Shown: piece after piece, positions 1-12,329 of the stretch | Layout of the letters: every line of letters begins with the position of its first letter | How positions within the stretch are numbered: the first letter of the stretch is position 1 | Source: Stegostoma tigrinum | Lineage: Eukaryota | Direction of reading: 5' to 3' | Length of the DNA stretch: 64,000 nt | Assembly (NCBI RefSeq): GCF_030684315.1 | Contig: NC_081387.1 | Span: forward strand, 28,019,771-28,083,770 | Translations under genes and position numbers: made by a program | The notes under the pieces: model-generated | What the model was told of the DNA's origin: nothing | Seen by the model: the letters and a program-made list of their open reading frames with translations, nothing else | Database searches by the model: none

Positions 1-430
1 CCTTTCTGACCTCGTCCCAAGCACACGCTCACAATACTTAACCAATCACCAGGGTTCTAGACGTTGACCAATCGGTGACCGCGCTCATTGCAGCCAATCA
101 ACGGAGCAACCTCCGATGGCTGTCCACTCACGACATCTTCGAGCGCCTCAGCCAATGGTGAGAGGCACCCCGACCTTCAGCTAATGGAAGGAGAGGTGGT
201 GGGCGGGGATTGTCCCGGCAGGCCAATGGAATGTGGGTCCGTTGGGGGGCATGGTCAGACGGGGACCAATACGACAGCGTGGAGGCGAGCTTGATGCTCA
301 GGCCAATGGGAATGGGCGATACTTCGGTGTCGGTGGTGCCGGGAGGTGCGGATTGAGCCAATGGGGTTTGGTGTTGTTGCAGGCGGGCGGTTGTCCTGCG
401 GCTGAGGGAAGCAGCTTTTGTTTCGAGATG
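1..430 (+). promoter_or_regulatory. DAXX promoter: CpG-rich, TATA-less, eight same-strand CCAAT (NF-Y-type) boxes, GC box and YY1-like motif
   Basis: CCAAT at 42, 68, 94, 152, 223, 266, 303 and 358. GGGCGGGG near 201. GAGATGGCGGC at ~425-435. High CpG density directly upstream of the DAXX ATG. Confidence 0.75.
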
Positions 431-536
431 GCGGCGTTTGCCTTCGGCGGGAGGCGGCGGCGGCGCTGGAGCGGCGGCCGCTGAGGGCCCCCACATCCGC
501 CCCACCCCGTTCCGTCCCACTAGGAGCCCGCTGCTC

Positions 537-824
537 ATGGCGCTGCCGCCCGACACGGCAGTCGTGAACCTGCTGTCGGATGAGGAAGGAGGCGAGGCCC
601 AGGCTCAGGCCGAAGCCTTAGGCCCCACCGCCGGTGACGGGGGACCCCGCGACAGGCGCTCCCGCCGGGTCCGGCTGCAGCCGTTGGCGGCGTCTCCCCA
701 GCGGGGCCCCGGCCCTGGCCCGGAGTTGGAGCCGGCCCTGGGCCTGGGACTGAACGAGCTTCAGCTGGAGCGGGACCGGGAGCGCGGGCTCGTCCGCTTC
801 GAGAACCAGAGACTGTTCACCGAG
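537..824 (+). CDS. DAXX: DAXX coding exon 1 (N-terminal SIM-like motif, start of helical bundle)
   Basis: MALPPDTAVVNLLSDEEG...RFENQRLFTE parallels the DAXX N-terminal IIVLDDDD SIM and ENEKLFEE. Donor GAG|gtcagt, phase 0. Confidence 0.88.
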
Positions 825-899
825 GTCAGTGTCAGAGAGTAGGGCCCTGGGCGTTCCTTTGGGCGGGGGGGTGGAAGGCGCACTCACTCACTCACTCAC

Positions 900-1370
900 T
901 CCGCCCCTTCTTCCCCACCCCCCTTCCCCCCCCCCTCCCCCCCCCCGGCTGCTCTCCCTCACCTTTCCCCCACCCCCTCACACCCCCGTCCCCATTCTCC
1001 CCCATAATAGCCCCCCCCCCCCAATGACCCGCTCCCTTCTCCCCTGGCTGCTCTTACCCCCCCGCCCCCAACTTCCCCCATCCCTACCTTCCCAATACCC
1101 CCTTCCCCCTGGCTGCTGTATTTCCCCTGATCTGCTCTACCCCCTACCTATCCCCATTCCCCCCCCCCCCGGCTGCACTTCCACCCCATCTCCTCTTCTC
1201 TCTCCCCCCCCCCCTTGATCTAACCCCTACCCTTCCCCACCCCCAAATCTTCATCCCTCTCCTCCCCCTTCCTTCCTCATTTCTCCCTTTTTTTCTTTCC
1301 TCGTTACCCCCACTGAAACTTCCTTTTTTTCTCTCCCCTTTCTTTTCTTCTGTTTCTCCTCCTTGTTCTG
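900..1370. repeat. C-rich/pyrimidine-rich low-complexity tract in DAXX intron 1
   Basis: Repeated C runs and CT-rich sequence. The Pro-rich ORF 829..1218 is a by-product of this composition. Confidence 0.85.
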
Positions 1371-4300
1371 TGTCTTTGTCAGTAGCTACAACTTAACACT
1401 TATTAACTTACTTATACATCGCAGGTTTAATGGGGTGTCTTAACCCAGCGGAAGGGGTGTCCAGGGTATGAGTCACATTTGTTTGTGTTTGTTTGTTCCC
1501 AGCGCAAATGTCTGGAGTTTTTGTTTTTCATACGTGTGCAAGGGATGTTGAGAGTAGAATAGAAAGGCAAGAGGTAAACCTGAGGGTCCTTACAGCCGGC
1601 TCATGAAGACTGAGCTCTTTATTGGATAGCTGGTGCTCGTTTACAGCTCCTGTTGTAACTTTGGAAATGTTGTAAAGTGTTGTGCTTTGGTGACCAGTCC
1701 TGTGGTACAGGGTTCCACAGAAAACAGGGAGATAGATGACCAAGTATACTTTTCAAAAATTGATGCTGAGTGGCTTAAATGTCTGTTCTTTAAACGATTC
1801 TCACGGAGAGAAACTGTTTTACACCTCGCACCATGGGTTTGTTCAACCTTAACAAGACTTCAAACTGCTGCTAGTTTTTGATGGAATCATTAGTACAAGT
1901 GGTTTTATGTTCCTCTAGGCAAGACTTGACTTGGAGTTTGAAAGGTGTGCAGGGTGGAAACTTGCAGGCTCTAGCTGCTATGATAGGAACTTGGGTTCAG
2001 TCTGAACGTTCAGTTCCCCACTGTTGCTTTCTGACGTTGCAGTACTGAAACTGGCTGTCATTGGTGAGTTTAAATGTTGCTTTTACTGAGTCACTGGTTT
2101 TGTGAGGGAATGTTTTTAAAATGTGTATGTAGCTTTTATTGTCAGAACCTGAGATACAGCAAAATGGTGATCCATATGTACTGGACCACCACCAAAATCT
2201 TTCCAGTAAGGATGCTTAAGAGTTCCTTTGCTCTGGCAAGAGGTGCTTCTCTCAAACATTGACACCTTCTGTCTTTAAGAAACAGTTGTACTTTGTCTGC
2301 AGCATTTTGTTATTGATCAAAGTGCTGCTGTGTATTTTCAAAGCGTTGCGTGATGTGTGGGGGAAGTGGAAATGTTCTGTGTGTTCGATTTAGCCATACC
2401 AAGATTGAACTGTCATACAGTAGTTTCACTGGAATCAACTGACAATTAATAAATCTATTCTATTTTGTGAAGCCTGAACACCACACGGAAACTGACCATG
2501 GTTTTGTGATTTCCGGCATGTACTTTTGTAGCAGAAATTGTACAATTTGAGTGTTTGTCTAAGTGTTATTTCTGTAGCCAGATCGCTACTTAGCTGGTTA
2601 GTGCTTTTACTTGTGCCGTGACGTCTGATGTTTTACACATCTGTGCATGACAACAGCTCCCCACAGACTGTGCAGGAAGCTGGATTACTTTGGGAATTGT
2701 GAAGTTGAGTGAGCTGTTGGTCAAAGTCAGAATTCTGGCACGTATTTAGCGGCACTGTAAAAAACATGCTCTTATTGAGGCCCGAGTGGTTTTTCGGGAT
2801 AAAATCATCCCCCCGAGAAACTAAATTGATACGTCCTGTCAGCTCTGTGACCTGCTGGGTTTCAATCCAGCCCCAGACTGATCCGCTGAATCTCTTTTCT
2901 CTAGTGGGTGCAGATCCACAAGCACAAGATTGTCCACTATGGGCTCCTCAGAAAGGTTCCCAGCCTGGCTGAGAGATGGAAATGCGATACAAATGCTCCT
3001 GGGGCTAAGCCTTGTTGATTGGACAGATTGGCGGGTGTCTTGCCCTGCGTCTTATCTGGACGTTCAGCATTTACCAGGTACCCAAAGTGCAAATGTGTTC
3101 CCTTGCCGTTGCAGTCAGGGCCCTCAGGTTGTCAACGTTTTTTGTTTTTGTGAAGTTAAATAAATGAAATGTTTTTCTCGGACGTTCTGTTTGTGTTGAA
3201 TTCTGTGGAACCCCTTGCTATTGACAGTGCTTTAGGTACCTCTACCTGTGGCTGCAATCTGACCTTGGAGTCAGGAGCTTGTGACTTCAAACCCTGGGCC
3301 AGAGGCTTCGGTCGACAACTAGTCTGTCACTTCCAAACTCCCCATGTTCAGGGGCAATAATATCACTCGGTCATATAGCTAAGGACAGGTCTGTTTGTTT
3401 GACCTGTTTTGTGTTGGATTACGATCACACTATGCACAATATTTTTTGTTCAAAACCCAAACCTTACAGACTGAACCCCTGGAATCCCTTGGGCTGTGAA
3501 AAGCTCCACTGTGAACAGTCTCCCCCCACCACCACCACCACCTTGCACCAAATCTCAAGCAACAAAACAATGAGGCGATCTTCTGAAGGGATATTTATCT
3601 GGGATGTATGGCTGGGCTATTTAAAATCCTGCTCAAGAAACTCTGAAGACCAATAGATGATTTGTCCTGTGTGCTGTTATTCCATTCAAGACTGTGAATG
3701 TGAGATAATAGCTGTTCAGTGACCTGCAGATTGTTGGCTTGAATGGTTACTTTTATGTTGTCACGTTTCCTGAATCTCCTGGTCAGTTTTTAAGCTTGTG
3801 TTAGGTCCTGTAAATCCAAGGAGAGCAGCACTTGGCTGTGAGAAAGTACATGTCCACAGCACAGTGTCATTTTAATATATGAAACGTCCCAAGGTGCTGA
3901 GAAACCTGAGGGGAGGAAAAGAAAATGAACAGAACTACCAAGAGGAATTGGAACAGGGTGGCTAAAAATCCTGATCCGGTTTTCAGAAGGGCCTCGAAGA
4001 AGGAATGAGGTTAAATCACAGTCTGATCTGCAGAAACACAGACAACTGTGTTTAAATTGAAAGATTGGAATTGCCAGTCATTAGGTCCCTTGGAGAGGGT
4101 TGCACAGCTGGAGAAGGGGTGGGTAGGAACACGGTAGGTGGTCGTCCGGCTCCTTAAGGCTGTTCCATTCTTCACTGAGATTGTGGTCGATCTGTGCCCA
4201 ACTCCCAAGTTGGCCATCATTTCTAAATTTGCTCCTGAAGCAGAGAGAACTGCAGTTGCTGGAAATTAGAAACAAAGGCAGAAGTTGCTGGGGATAAAGT

Positions 4301-5967
4301 CAGAAGGTCTGGCAGCATTTGTGGAAAGAAATCAGTTGACATTTCGGGCCCAGTTGACCCTCTTTCAGTTCTGAATGGTCAATAGATCTGAAATATTAAA
4401 ATCTTAAAGATTTTGTGAACCATTTGTTTACTGTCTCTGGTCCCTGAAAGCTGAAGATTAATTTGTGATCTGTCTTCAGAATTTGAATCTGGCTTCCTGG
4501 AATATGTGGACTCAACTGAACCATTGCTTTCCTAACCCTTGAATTCTATTCTGAGCCTTTTCTGATATTTGGCTGGGTGTAACCGCATGCACAGACCTTG
4601 ATGCCTCTTCCCCATTTAGAAGCTGCCCAATTTTGATCCTCAGTGCACGGGTGCAGTCTTTACCCTGAAGACAGTGCTGATTGGCAAGTAGCATTGATAG
4701 ATCATAAACAGGAACCGGGGTAGGTCGATCCTGCTCTTCAGTTCAGTAGGCTTGTGGCTAATCAGACATTCTGGCATCCATTTACTTACCTTTCCGCGTA
4801 TGCCTTGATTCCCCAATTGATCAAGATTCAAACTATCTCAGCCTTAAATATAGACTTGGACTCCACCCCCACCCCCCACAGCTTTCAGTGGCAAGCAATT
4901 CTGAAGAGATGCTTTAGTTATAATAATCTTGACAATTTAATTTCTCCAATTCCCATCCTCTGTCCCCTCAGACTAAAACAGAAATTGCTGGAAAAGCTCG
5001 GTGGGTCCGGCAGCATTTGTGGAGAGAACTCAGTTAACGCTTTGAGTCTGGAGATGCTTCCTCTTTCTCTGTTCTGCCAGGTTTCAGTCATTTGTCCTGA
5101 TAGCACCTCAGATAGCTTGGTGCTAAATCCTGTTAGATAATGCTTCAGTGGAGCACCTTGGGATTTTGAAATGCAAGTTGTTTTTGAGAACTTCTGGCAT
5201 TGACCCAACTGCTCTGCACAGAGACCCCCATTCTTCACCGATTCAGAGCCCAGTCCTTAATAAATCGTTGAAAATCTCATTAAATTTCCTACATATGAGA
5301 TTCTGAAATTGTGCAATGCATATTCCGGCCCTCCCAGCTTGGGGATTCATTTTGTTTTCTGGTGAGCAACTTCTGTTCATCCCAAAGAACTATACAACCA
5401 GTAAATTAAATGCAGTGACCAATTTGGCACACAGCAAAATCCTGCCTGCACCAACAAAGTTACTAAGTGAGTATCACTCCTGTTGAGGGACATTTTCTAT
5501 TACAGAAAGACTGGGCTTTGACACAACATCTTGCCTGATCCAGCAGTATACCATTGTCTCAGCACTGCTCTTCTGAAGTGAGGGGATGGGTAGTGTGATA
5601 TATATATGTGTGTGTATATATCTTTGGGTTTGATAGACTTGGAGGGATGGTTCAGCTGTTATCAGGAACACTGCCCAGTACAGCTAACTTACCCAAACTG
5701 CACTGTGACCTCCAATTGTGGAGGCCTGTGCTCTGCTTTGATTGCGTTATGTACTTTGCAACACAGAGCTTGGGTATTATTGGAGAAAGACGTTGCGTTG
5801 CAGCTTTACATTGTGCGTTGCCTGGTTGGGTGTTAGGAATGTCGAGTGTCAGGAACAACAGATTCTCCTGCATGGAGTTGTGGCTGGTTGGCACGTACAT
5901 TCCCTGATCCACTTGGGAACAGGTATTCCAGATTGTTTAAATTGCAGAAAAGGGCGCAGGTTGAAGG

Positions 5968-6260
5968 ACGACACAGTGGCTCAGTGGTTAGCACTGCAAC
6001 CTCACAGCACCAGGAACCCTAGTTCAATCCCATTCTTGGGCAACTGTCTGTGTGGAGTTTGTACCTTCTCCCCGTGTCTGTGTGGGTTTCCTCCGGGTGC
6101 TCCAGTTTTCTCCCACAGTCCAGAGATGTGCAGGCTGGGTGGATTGGCCAAGCTAAATTGTCCGATAGTGTTCAGGGATGTGTAGATTAGGGGGATGGTT
6201 CTGGGTGGGATGTTCTGAGTCAGTGGGCCAAAGGGCCTGTTTCCACACTATAGTGATTCC
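5968..6260 (+). mobile_element. tRNA-derived SINE (shark HE1/V-SINE type)
   Basis: A-box TGGCTCAGTGG and B-box-like GTTCAATCCC, core GTGTGGAGTTTG...CTCCCCGTGTCTG..TGGGTTTCCTCCGGGTGCTCC, and CR1-like tail AAGGGCCTGTTTCCACACT. A second copy lies at 49597. Confidence 0.85.
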
Positions 6261-6735
6261 ATGATCAATTTTAATCAAAGATTCCCTCGGGAATGTAGCC
6301 AGGAAACAGTCTCCTCAAGGCTTGGGGATGCTCTTTGGTCTGTACGTGGTCATCTTGGATCCTTGTTGGGAAGGGAAATGGTAGATGTTGTCAGATGGCT
6401 CCCTGAGCCGACTGCCATTGTCGTTTGGCAGAATGCCTCATCGCCAGAGCAGGCGCCGAGCTTGATGAGAAGGGAATCGCAGCATTGCACACTGCAGCTG
6501 TATCCAAAACCTGCACAGCTATGCCCTCAGGGTAGGGAGGTTTTACACTCAAGCTCAGGGTAGGTTCGATAAAGATGCAGTGAGGAAAGTCTTACTCTGT
6601 GGCACACACATTGGAGACTGAGTGAAGCTCCTTGGTCTGTATGTGTTTGACCTGTAATGCCTTGTCTGTACAGGCGAGTTACGATAGCTGATTAATACTC
6701 TTCCTTCTTGTTCCCTCCCCGTCCTGTCCCTGCAG

Positions 6736-7615
6736 TTTGTTGAGTTCTGTGGGACTTTAACGGAAGAGAACCCGGAAGTGATCCACTTCCTGCAGAGGAA
6801 GTACAGCAAGGCCTTCCCGGAATATTTGGCCTCCACGGAGTTCCGCAATGTGCTGGGCCGTTGCCTCACCCGGGTCCAGGGCAAGAAAAGCAAAGTGTTT
6901 GTTTACATCAACGAGCTCTGCACAGCCTTGAAAGCTAACTCTCAGAAAACCAAACTAGCCTTGGCCAGCAGGGAGAATTCCAAGAAGGCAGCTGGACCAG
7001 GCACTCCATCCGTTCAGGATGGCAAAGAGCTGGGCGCGTGCCTGACTCAGGCTGATGGCCAGTCGGCAGATACAGCCTCCCCATCGGTGTCTCAGTCTGA
7101 CCCTGACAAGAAGAAACGGATGGGCAGTGGATCCCGTCGCCAGATCCGCTATTTGGAGAACCTCCTGAAGGTCTACGCTGACGAGATCAAGCGGCTCCAG
7201 GAAAAGGAGCTGGACCTGAACGAACTGGAGGACCAGGACTCCTCCTACATCCAGGAGCACCGGCTGAAGAAGAAGATGGTGAAGATCTTCGAGAAGCTAT
7301 GCGAGCTGAAGAACTGCTCGAGCCTGACGGGCCGCGTCATCGAGCAGCGCATTGCCTTCACTGGCACCCGGTACCCCGAGATCAACCGCAAGATCGAGAG
7401 GTTCATCAATAAGGAGGATCACTTCCCCGATTACCAGGACATCCGCAACATCATTCAGAAAGTCAGTGTCAAGCACTCGCTGGGACTGAGGCAGAGGCAG
7501 ATCCAGAGCATGGCGCAGGACGTGTTCCGAGAGGTTGGTAACCGCCTGCAGGAGCGGCGGCACCTTGATTTGGTGTACAACTTCGGAAGCCACCTCACGG
7601 ACGATTATAAGCCAG
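6736..7615 (+). CDS. DAXX: DAXX coding exon 2 (helical bundle and histone H3.3/H4-binding domain)
   Basis: Acceptor ccctgcag|TTT. Translation FVEFCGTLTEENPEVIHFL...GSRRQIRYLENLL...GRVIEQRIAFTGTRYPEINR...LQERRHLDLVYNFGSHLTDDYKP is a clear DAXX signature. Donor G|gtgggt, phase 1. Confidence 0.96.
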
Positions 7616-9076
7616 GTGGGTGTGTAAGGGTGGGATGGGGCGGTTGGAGGGGAGCTCATCCTGCAGTATTTGGGATATGTCCCACCAGTTACCCCCAAGT
7701 CTGTTTATCCCACTCTGGGTGGGGAGGGGGTTTGCTCAGTGCCAAGTGAAGTAACAGCTGCTGTCTGCTCTGAGCCACTCCATCCTGACCTCAGTCCCGG
7801 CACCGGAGCGTGGTCGCCCGTGAGGGGAGCAGGAATGATGCTGCAGAGTCCTGGGAGTTCCGAAGAGGAGCCCTGTTGGACTTCTCTCTCCTGGTGCTGC
7901 CGGAACTGCTGGGTTTCTGTGCCTGGGACATAGCGCAGTGCGATTATAACATTTCCCTTTGGGAGGTGGCACAAGGCAAGGAGCGTTTCTCAACTCCTGT
8001 GAAAAGGAACAGAAATGGGCAGATCATCTCCTCCAGCTTCCTCTGTCACTGTAAGATTTTGGCTGATCTGATTGTGGTATTAACTCCACCTTCGTGCCTG
8101 TCTCCCTCGCCCCTCCACTCCATTATTCATTAAAATCCTGTACGTATTGTCTAGGAGTGGGAGTCAGCCTTCAAAGCCGCTCCACTGTTGAATAAAATCA
8201 TGCCGTACCTAAATTTTAACCTTCCCCACTTGATATTCTTGTCCACCCTGATAACCTACCATCCCTTTGCTTGGCAAGAATATATCTACATAAAACAAGG
8301 AATAGGAACAGGCCCTTCAGCCCACTAAGCATGCACTGACACATTTTGCCCTTCCATATTAAACCTGTCATCACTTACAGGATCGGTATATACCTCTGTT
8401 CCCTTCCTATTCGTGTATTCATCTGGGTGCTTGAATGCTTCTGTTGTGTTCAGTTATTCAACCTTCTAAAAAGAAATAAATTCCCCTTGTGTCTGACTTA
8501 AATGAGAGACCCCTTGTATTTAAACAATGACCTCATTCTCGCTATCCACCCCCGCCCCGTATCGGCTGTGTCAAGGCCCTGAGGCGTCTTTTACACTGGT
8601 TAGCAAGCGGGCTCTCGTATATTTGCCATGTTACCATCAATTAGTGCTCTCGTCTCATAGTATGAATTGTTGCTCTTCGTATTGCTGATTACTGTGCATT
8701 GCCTGACTCGTATGAGACTGAAAGCTTTGACAAAATATCTTTTCCTTGCCATACGTCTTGGCATTCGCCCTGTCGAGTTCCCTGTTGGAATGATTCACTG
8801 GAACAAGCTCTTACTCCTTGTTACTTTTAGGTCCATCCTGCTCAACCCTTCCTTTTGTAATGAGGCTGCTTTGTTCCAGAAGTGAGCTGGCTTCCTTTCG
8901 ACTAAGCTTGTTTCCGTTACGTGTTAGCACTGGAAGTGGGTTGGAGGCTCCCCTGAGCGCTGTGTTGTGAATTGGGTGAAGATGACCTGTTTGCGTGGTG
9001 ACCCTGAAAAGAGACTGTTGGTGTAACTTGGCCTGCTGCCCTGCGCCACAGTATAACGTACATTTCTGTTTCCCAG

Positions 9077-9475
9077 GGAAGGACCCAGCCATGGCAGACG
9101 CGGCCTTGGAGAAGAGGCTGCGGTCAAACCGGACCGTTGCTCTTGGCCGCCTCGATGAGGTGGTGAGGAAATATGCTGAGATCCAGGACATCAGCGAAAT
9201 AGAGGAGGAGGAGAAGAGGAAGAAGAAAAGACTTCTGCAGTCGGCAGTCACCTCCACCTCCGAAACAAACACAGATGAAATCAAGGAGGGGCAGGAGAAA
9301 GCTCAAAATGTGAGTGAGACTAAAGGGGAAGAACCAGAGGAAGATGGTCGTGGCTCCGCTGACGAGGAAGAAGAGGAGGAGGATGAGGATGAGGACCTAT
9401 CGTCAGATCCTGATATTGAGGAGGAGCTGTCAAAGATTGAGGAGGTTGTGGCAGCTGAGGATGGACCACAAGATG
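9077..9475 (+). CDS. DAXX: DAXX coding exon 3 (end of histone-binding domain, acidic region)
   Basis: Acceptor ttcccag|GG. KDPAMADAALEKRLRSNRTVALGRLDEVVRKYAEIQD then an E/D-rich tract. Donor G|gtattg, phase 1. Confidence 0.9.
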
Positions 9476-9961
9476 GTATTGGTATTCTGATACGTAATGC
9501 TTTAGATGTGCCTTGTGCCTTGCCCATTCCAAACCCGGAACTAGAGGACACCCTTTGTCCCCTGCAGCCTGTCCCACCCCCACCATTCAAACCAAGTGAG
9601 CACCTGCCTTGGGTATGTTTAGTGATCCAACCTACATGGCACACTGTGGGAGAGAATTCCTCTGAATTGACCACTTTAGTTCCCAGAAATCCTTCCCCCT
9701 TTCCATCTTAAATGGGAAGCCTTTTAATTTTAAGCTCTGCCCCACATATTCCCAAGCACAGGGAAGCATCCCTTCGGCATTCATCCTGTTAGGATCTTCA
9801 ATCAAACTTCATTCCTCTAGAGCAAAATTCCCAGGAATTTAACCTGCTCAATCTGTTCCCTAACAGAATGCTTTACCCAGGTGTTAGCAAAATTAACCTT
9901 CCCATCCCTTCTTCACAAGGAGACTAGAAATATTGACAGTCTTGCACCTGTGTGTGGGGGG

Positions 9962-9963
<2 letters not shown>

Positions 9964-9991
<28 letters not shown>
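9964..9991. repeat. (GT)n microsatellite
   Basis: Uninterrupted GT run. Confidence 0.95.
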
Positions 9992-9992
<1 letters not shown>

Positions 9993-10955
9993 GCGGAAAA
10001 GAGGGGGAAGTGATTGATGGAGCAGCTGAAGTTGGTTGGGCAGGCAGTGCCCGAGTTACAAACGGGTTCTGCTCTCGAGTCCGCTCACAAGTAGATTTGT
10101 TTGCAAGTCCGAGCGTAATTCAGGACTGCGGAGAGCAGCCGCTCGTAAGTACCGAAACCGCTCATAGGTCGGGTCTTTAAATTTTAAAACTGGACGTCTG
10201 TATATCGGGGGTGCCCTGTTGACATGTCCTGAAATTGGGATGACTGGCATCCGACAACTCCAGCCCTTTTGCAATGTGCCGGGTGTGAATCCTGTCAGTG
10301 CAGAGTTTTCTCCCTGATTCCCGTTGACTCCAGTCCTGCTGGAGCTCCTTGATACTACTCTGCCAAGCACAGCTTTAGTGTCGAGAGCAGGCCCCCACCC
10401 ACCCTGCTTCCCTCCCCTTTGTGCTGTTTCTGTAATGACCATTCTTGACGAGCCAATAGGTTTGATATTTGGGGGTGGGGGGGAAGAACCTATGTGCGGG
10501 GAGGTAGTTGGAAAAGGAACTGCAGGGCCCCAGCTGTTTCCCACTTGCTTGTGACTGAGAGGTTTGACTCAGCCAGTATCCCAGGGAAACATGCCTGAAG
10601 TATACAAGAGACATCTGACTCTCTGCCTCACACGCTGTTCCCTACCTCATTGCTCCTGCCAATATACTCCTTTGGTGAGGGAACTCCCTGATTGTGAGGC
10701 AGCCTCAGTGTCATAAAGAGCAAGCAATTTCCTCTTTTTGAACTGAAGGTTTTGCTGACGTTTAATGCACATTTTATGCTGAACTTTTAAGGGCTAAATA
10801 TTTCAGCAAATGGCGCGCGCGCACACACACCCCCTCCCCAGAGTATGGGATATAATTGCTCAGGCTTCCTATTGGCCTGCTGCAGGTTTCTCTGCAGTTT
10901 AAATCAGTTGAGTGTCTTTCCCTTAGAGTAACTACACTGTCCGATTGTGTTTCAG

Positions 10956-11871
10956 ATGAGAAAGCAGAAGGCAGCGATGCCGAGGAGGAGGAAGACGATC
11001 AGGGCTCTGCCGAGTCAGCCCAGTCTTCGGAGGAAGAGGACAGCGAGGAGGACGCAGAGTCTGCTGAAGGCTCCCACGTGGAAGGAGGAGTGGGACTAGA
11101 GGCCGAGGCTAGCTCCAAGAGCGAGCTTAGCCCCGCCAGCCGGATGGACAAGTCCGAGAGTGGGAGCACCACGCCAGAGGTGGTGGGTGGCGATGTTGAT
11201 GGTGTCCCTGTGTGCCCCATGGAGGATGGAGTGGGCTCGAGTGTCGAGGGGAGTGCTGCTGTTCCTGTTCCTGCTCCCACTATGTGGGATGTGATCAGTG
11301 AGGAAGGGGTGGGCACCAGCAGCGAGAACGGGACTGCCCCTGCTGCAGACGAAGGGTTGACGTGTGCTGTTGCTGAGAAGGGGAACCAGCCCGACACAGG
11401 AGAAGGCCCCACCTGCCTGGCCGAGGAAGGCCTGGGGAGTGCAGAGGCCAGTCCCCTTCCTGCTGATCAGGAGGTGGCAGAACCTGACTTTGGGGGCCAA
11501 GCCCAACAGCAGGCCAAGAGGAAGCACGCAGACTCCAGTGGACAGAAACTGGGGCTGCCCCTTGTCGGACTGAGCCCCAGAACTGTCCCCGTGGTGGTTG
11601 AGGGAACAATAACAAACGATGTGTCAGTATGTGACGAGGGCAGTGCAGAAGCTTCCCCGTGCTCTGAGCCAAAGCCTTCGATACTGGAGGTTGAGAAGAG
11701 TCTGGACGGGAGGACCCCCGTCACATCAGGGAGAATGGATGTTCTGGAAACTGATGGCTTTGGCCCAGACCTCTATTTAACTGCATTAAACGGACAGAAG
11801 CAAAATTCAGTCGATCTGGACACGTCCCCGGTCGCAAAGAGAATTAAGCGAGCCCCAGACTTGGAAACAAA
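10956..11871 (+). CDS. DAXX: DAXX coding exon 4 (large acidic, Ser/Pro-rich disordered region with NLS-like KRK and KRIKR)
   Basis: Acceptor gtttcag|AT (phase 1), open for 916 nt, donor AA|gtaagt (phase 2). Phases match both neighbouring exons. Confidence 0.83.
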
Positions 11872-12329
11872 GTAAGTAGAAAGATGTTGAATTCCTTTTG
11901 GATAAGCACTTTCTGTTCCAACTCTACACCCCCACCCTTCCCCTCCCTCCCCAGTCATATTGGGAAGAAATTGCCACTGGGAAAGTAGATTCCTACCGTT
12001 GCTGTTTTCAGGTGGGCCTTCTCACTGATCAAGGCAGTTTGACAGGCCTGCTCCAGGCTGAGGAAGCACTGTCCCTGGTTATACTGACCTCCCAGCCAGC
12101 AAACCCGCTCTGTTCCTTCTGTGGCAATGGGCTACTGATGCCTGTGGGAACTGGCCAGCCACAGACTAGAACAGCTGGAGCTTCCCCACCCCCCTCGCAC
12201 TCATCATTTACACGGGTCACTCCCACGTGTTAGAGATGTCTGTTGATGAAAGGCATTGAAAGGAGTGCCTGGGGGGAATGAGAAAGACAGGCTGGTTGTT
12301 TTTGGCCGTAGACAAGTGGGGTGGGGTGG

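Noticed and set aside
829-1218. Proline-rich 129-aa ORF
   Set aside because: Translation of the intronic C-rich low-complexity tract.
7616-7749. ORF extensions beyond DAXX exon ends (also 9476-9711 and 10856-10955)
   Set aside because: Read-through into introns; DAXX similarity stops at canonical splice sites.
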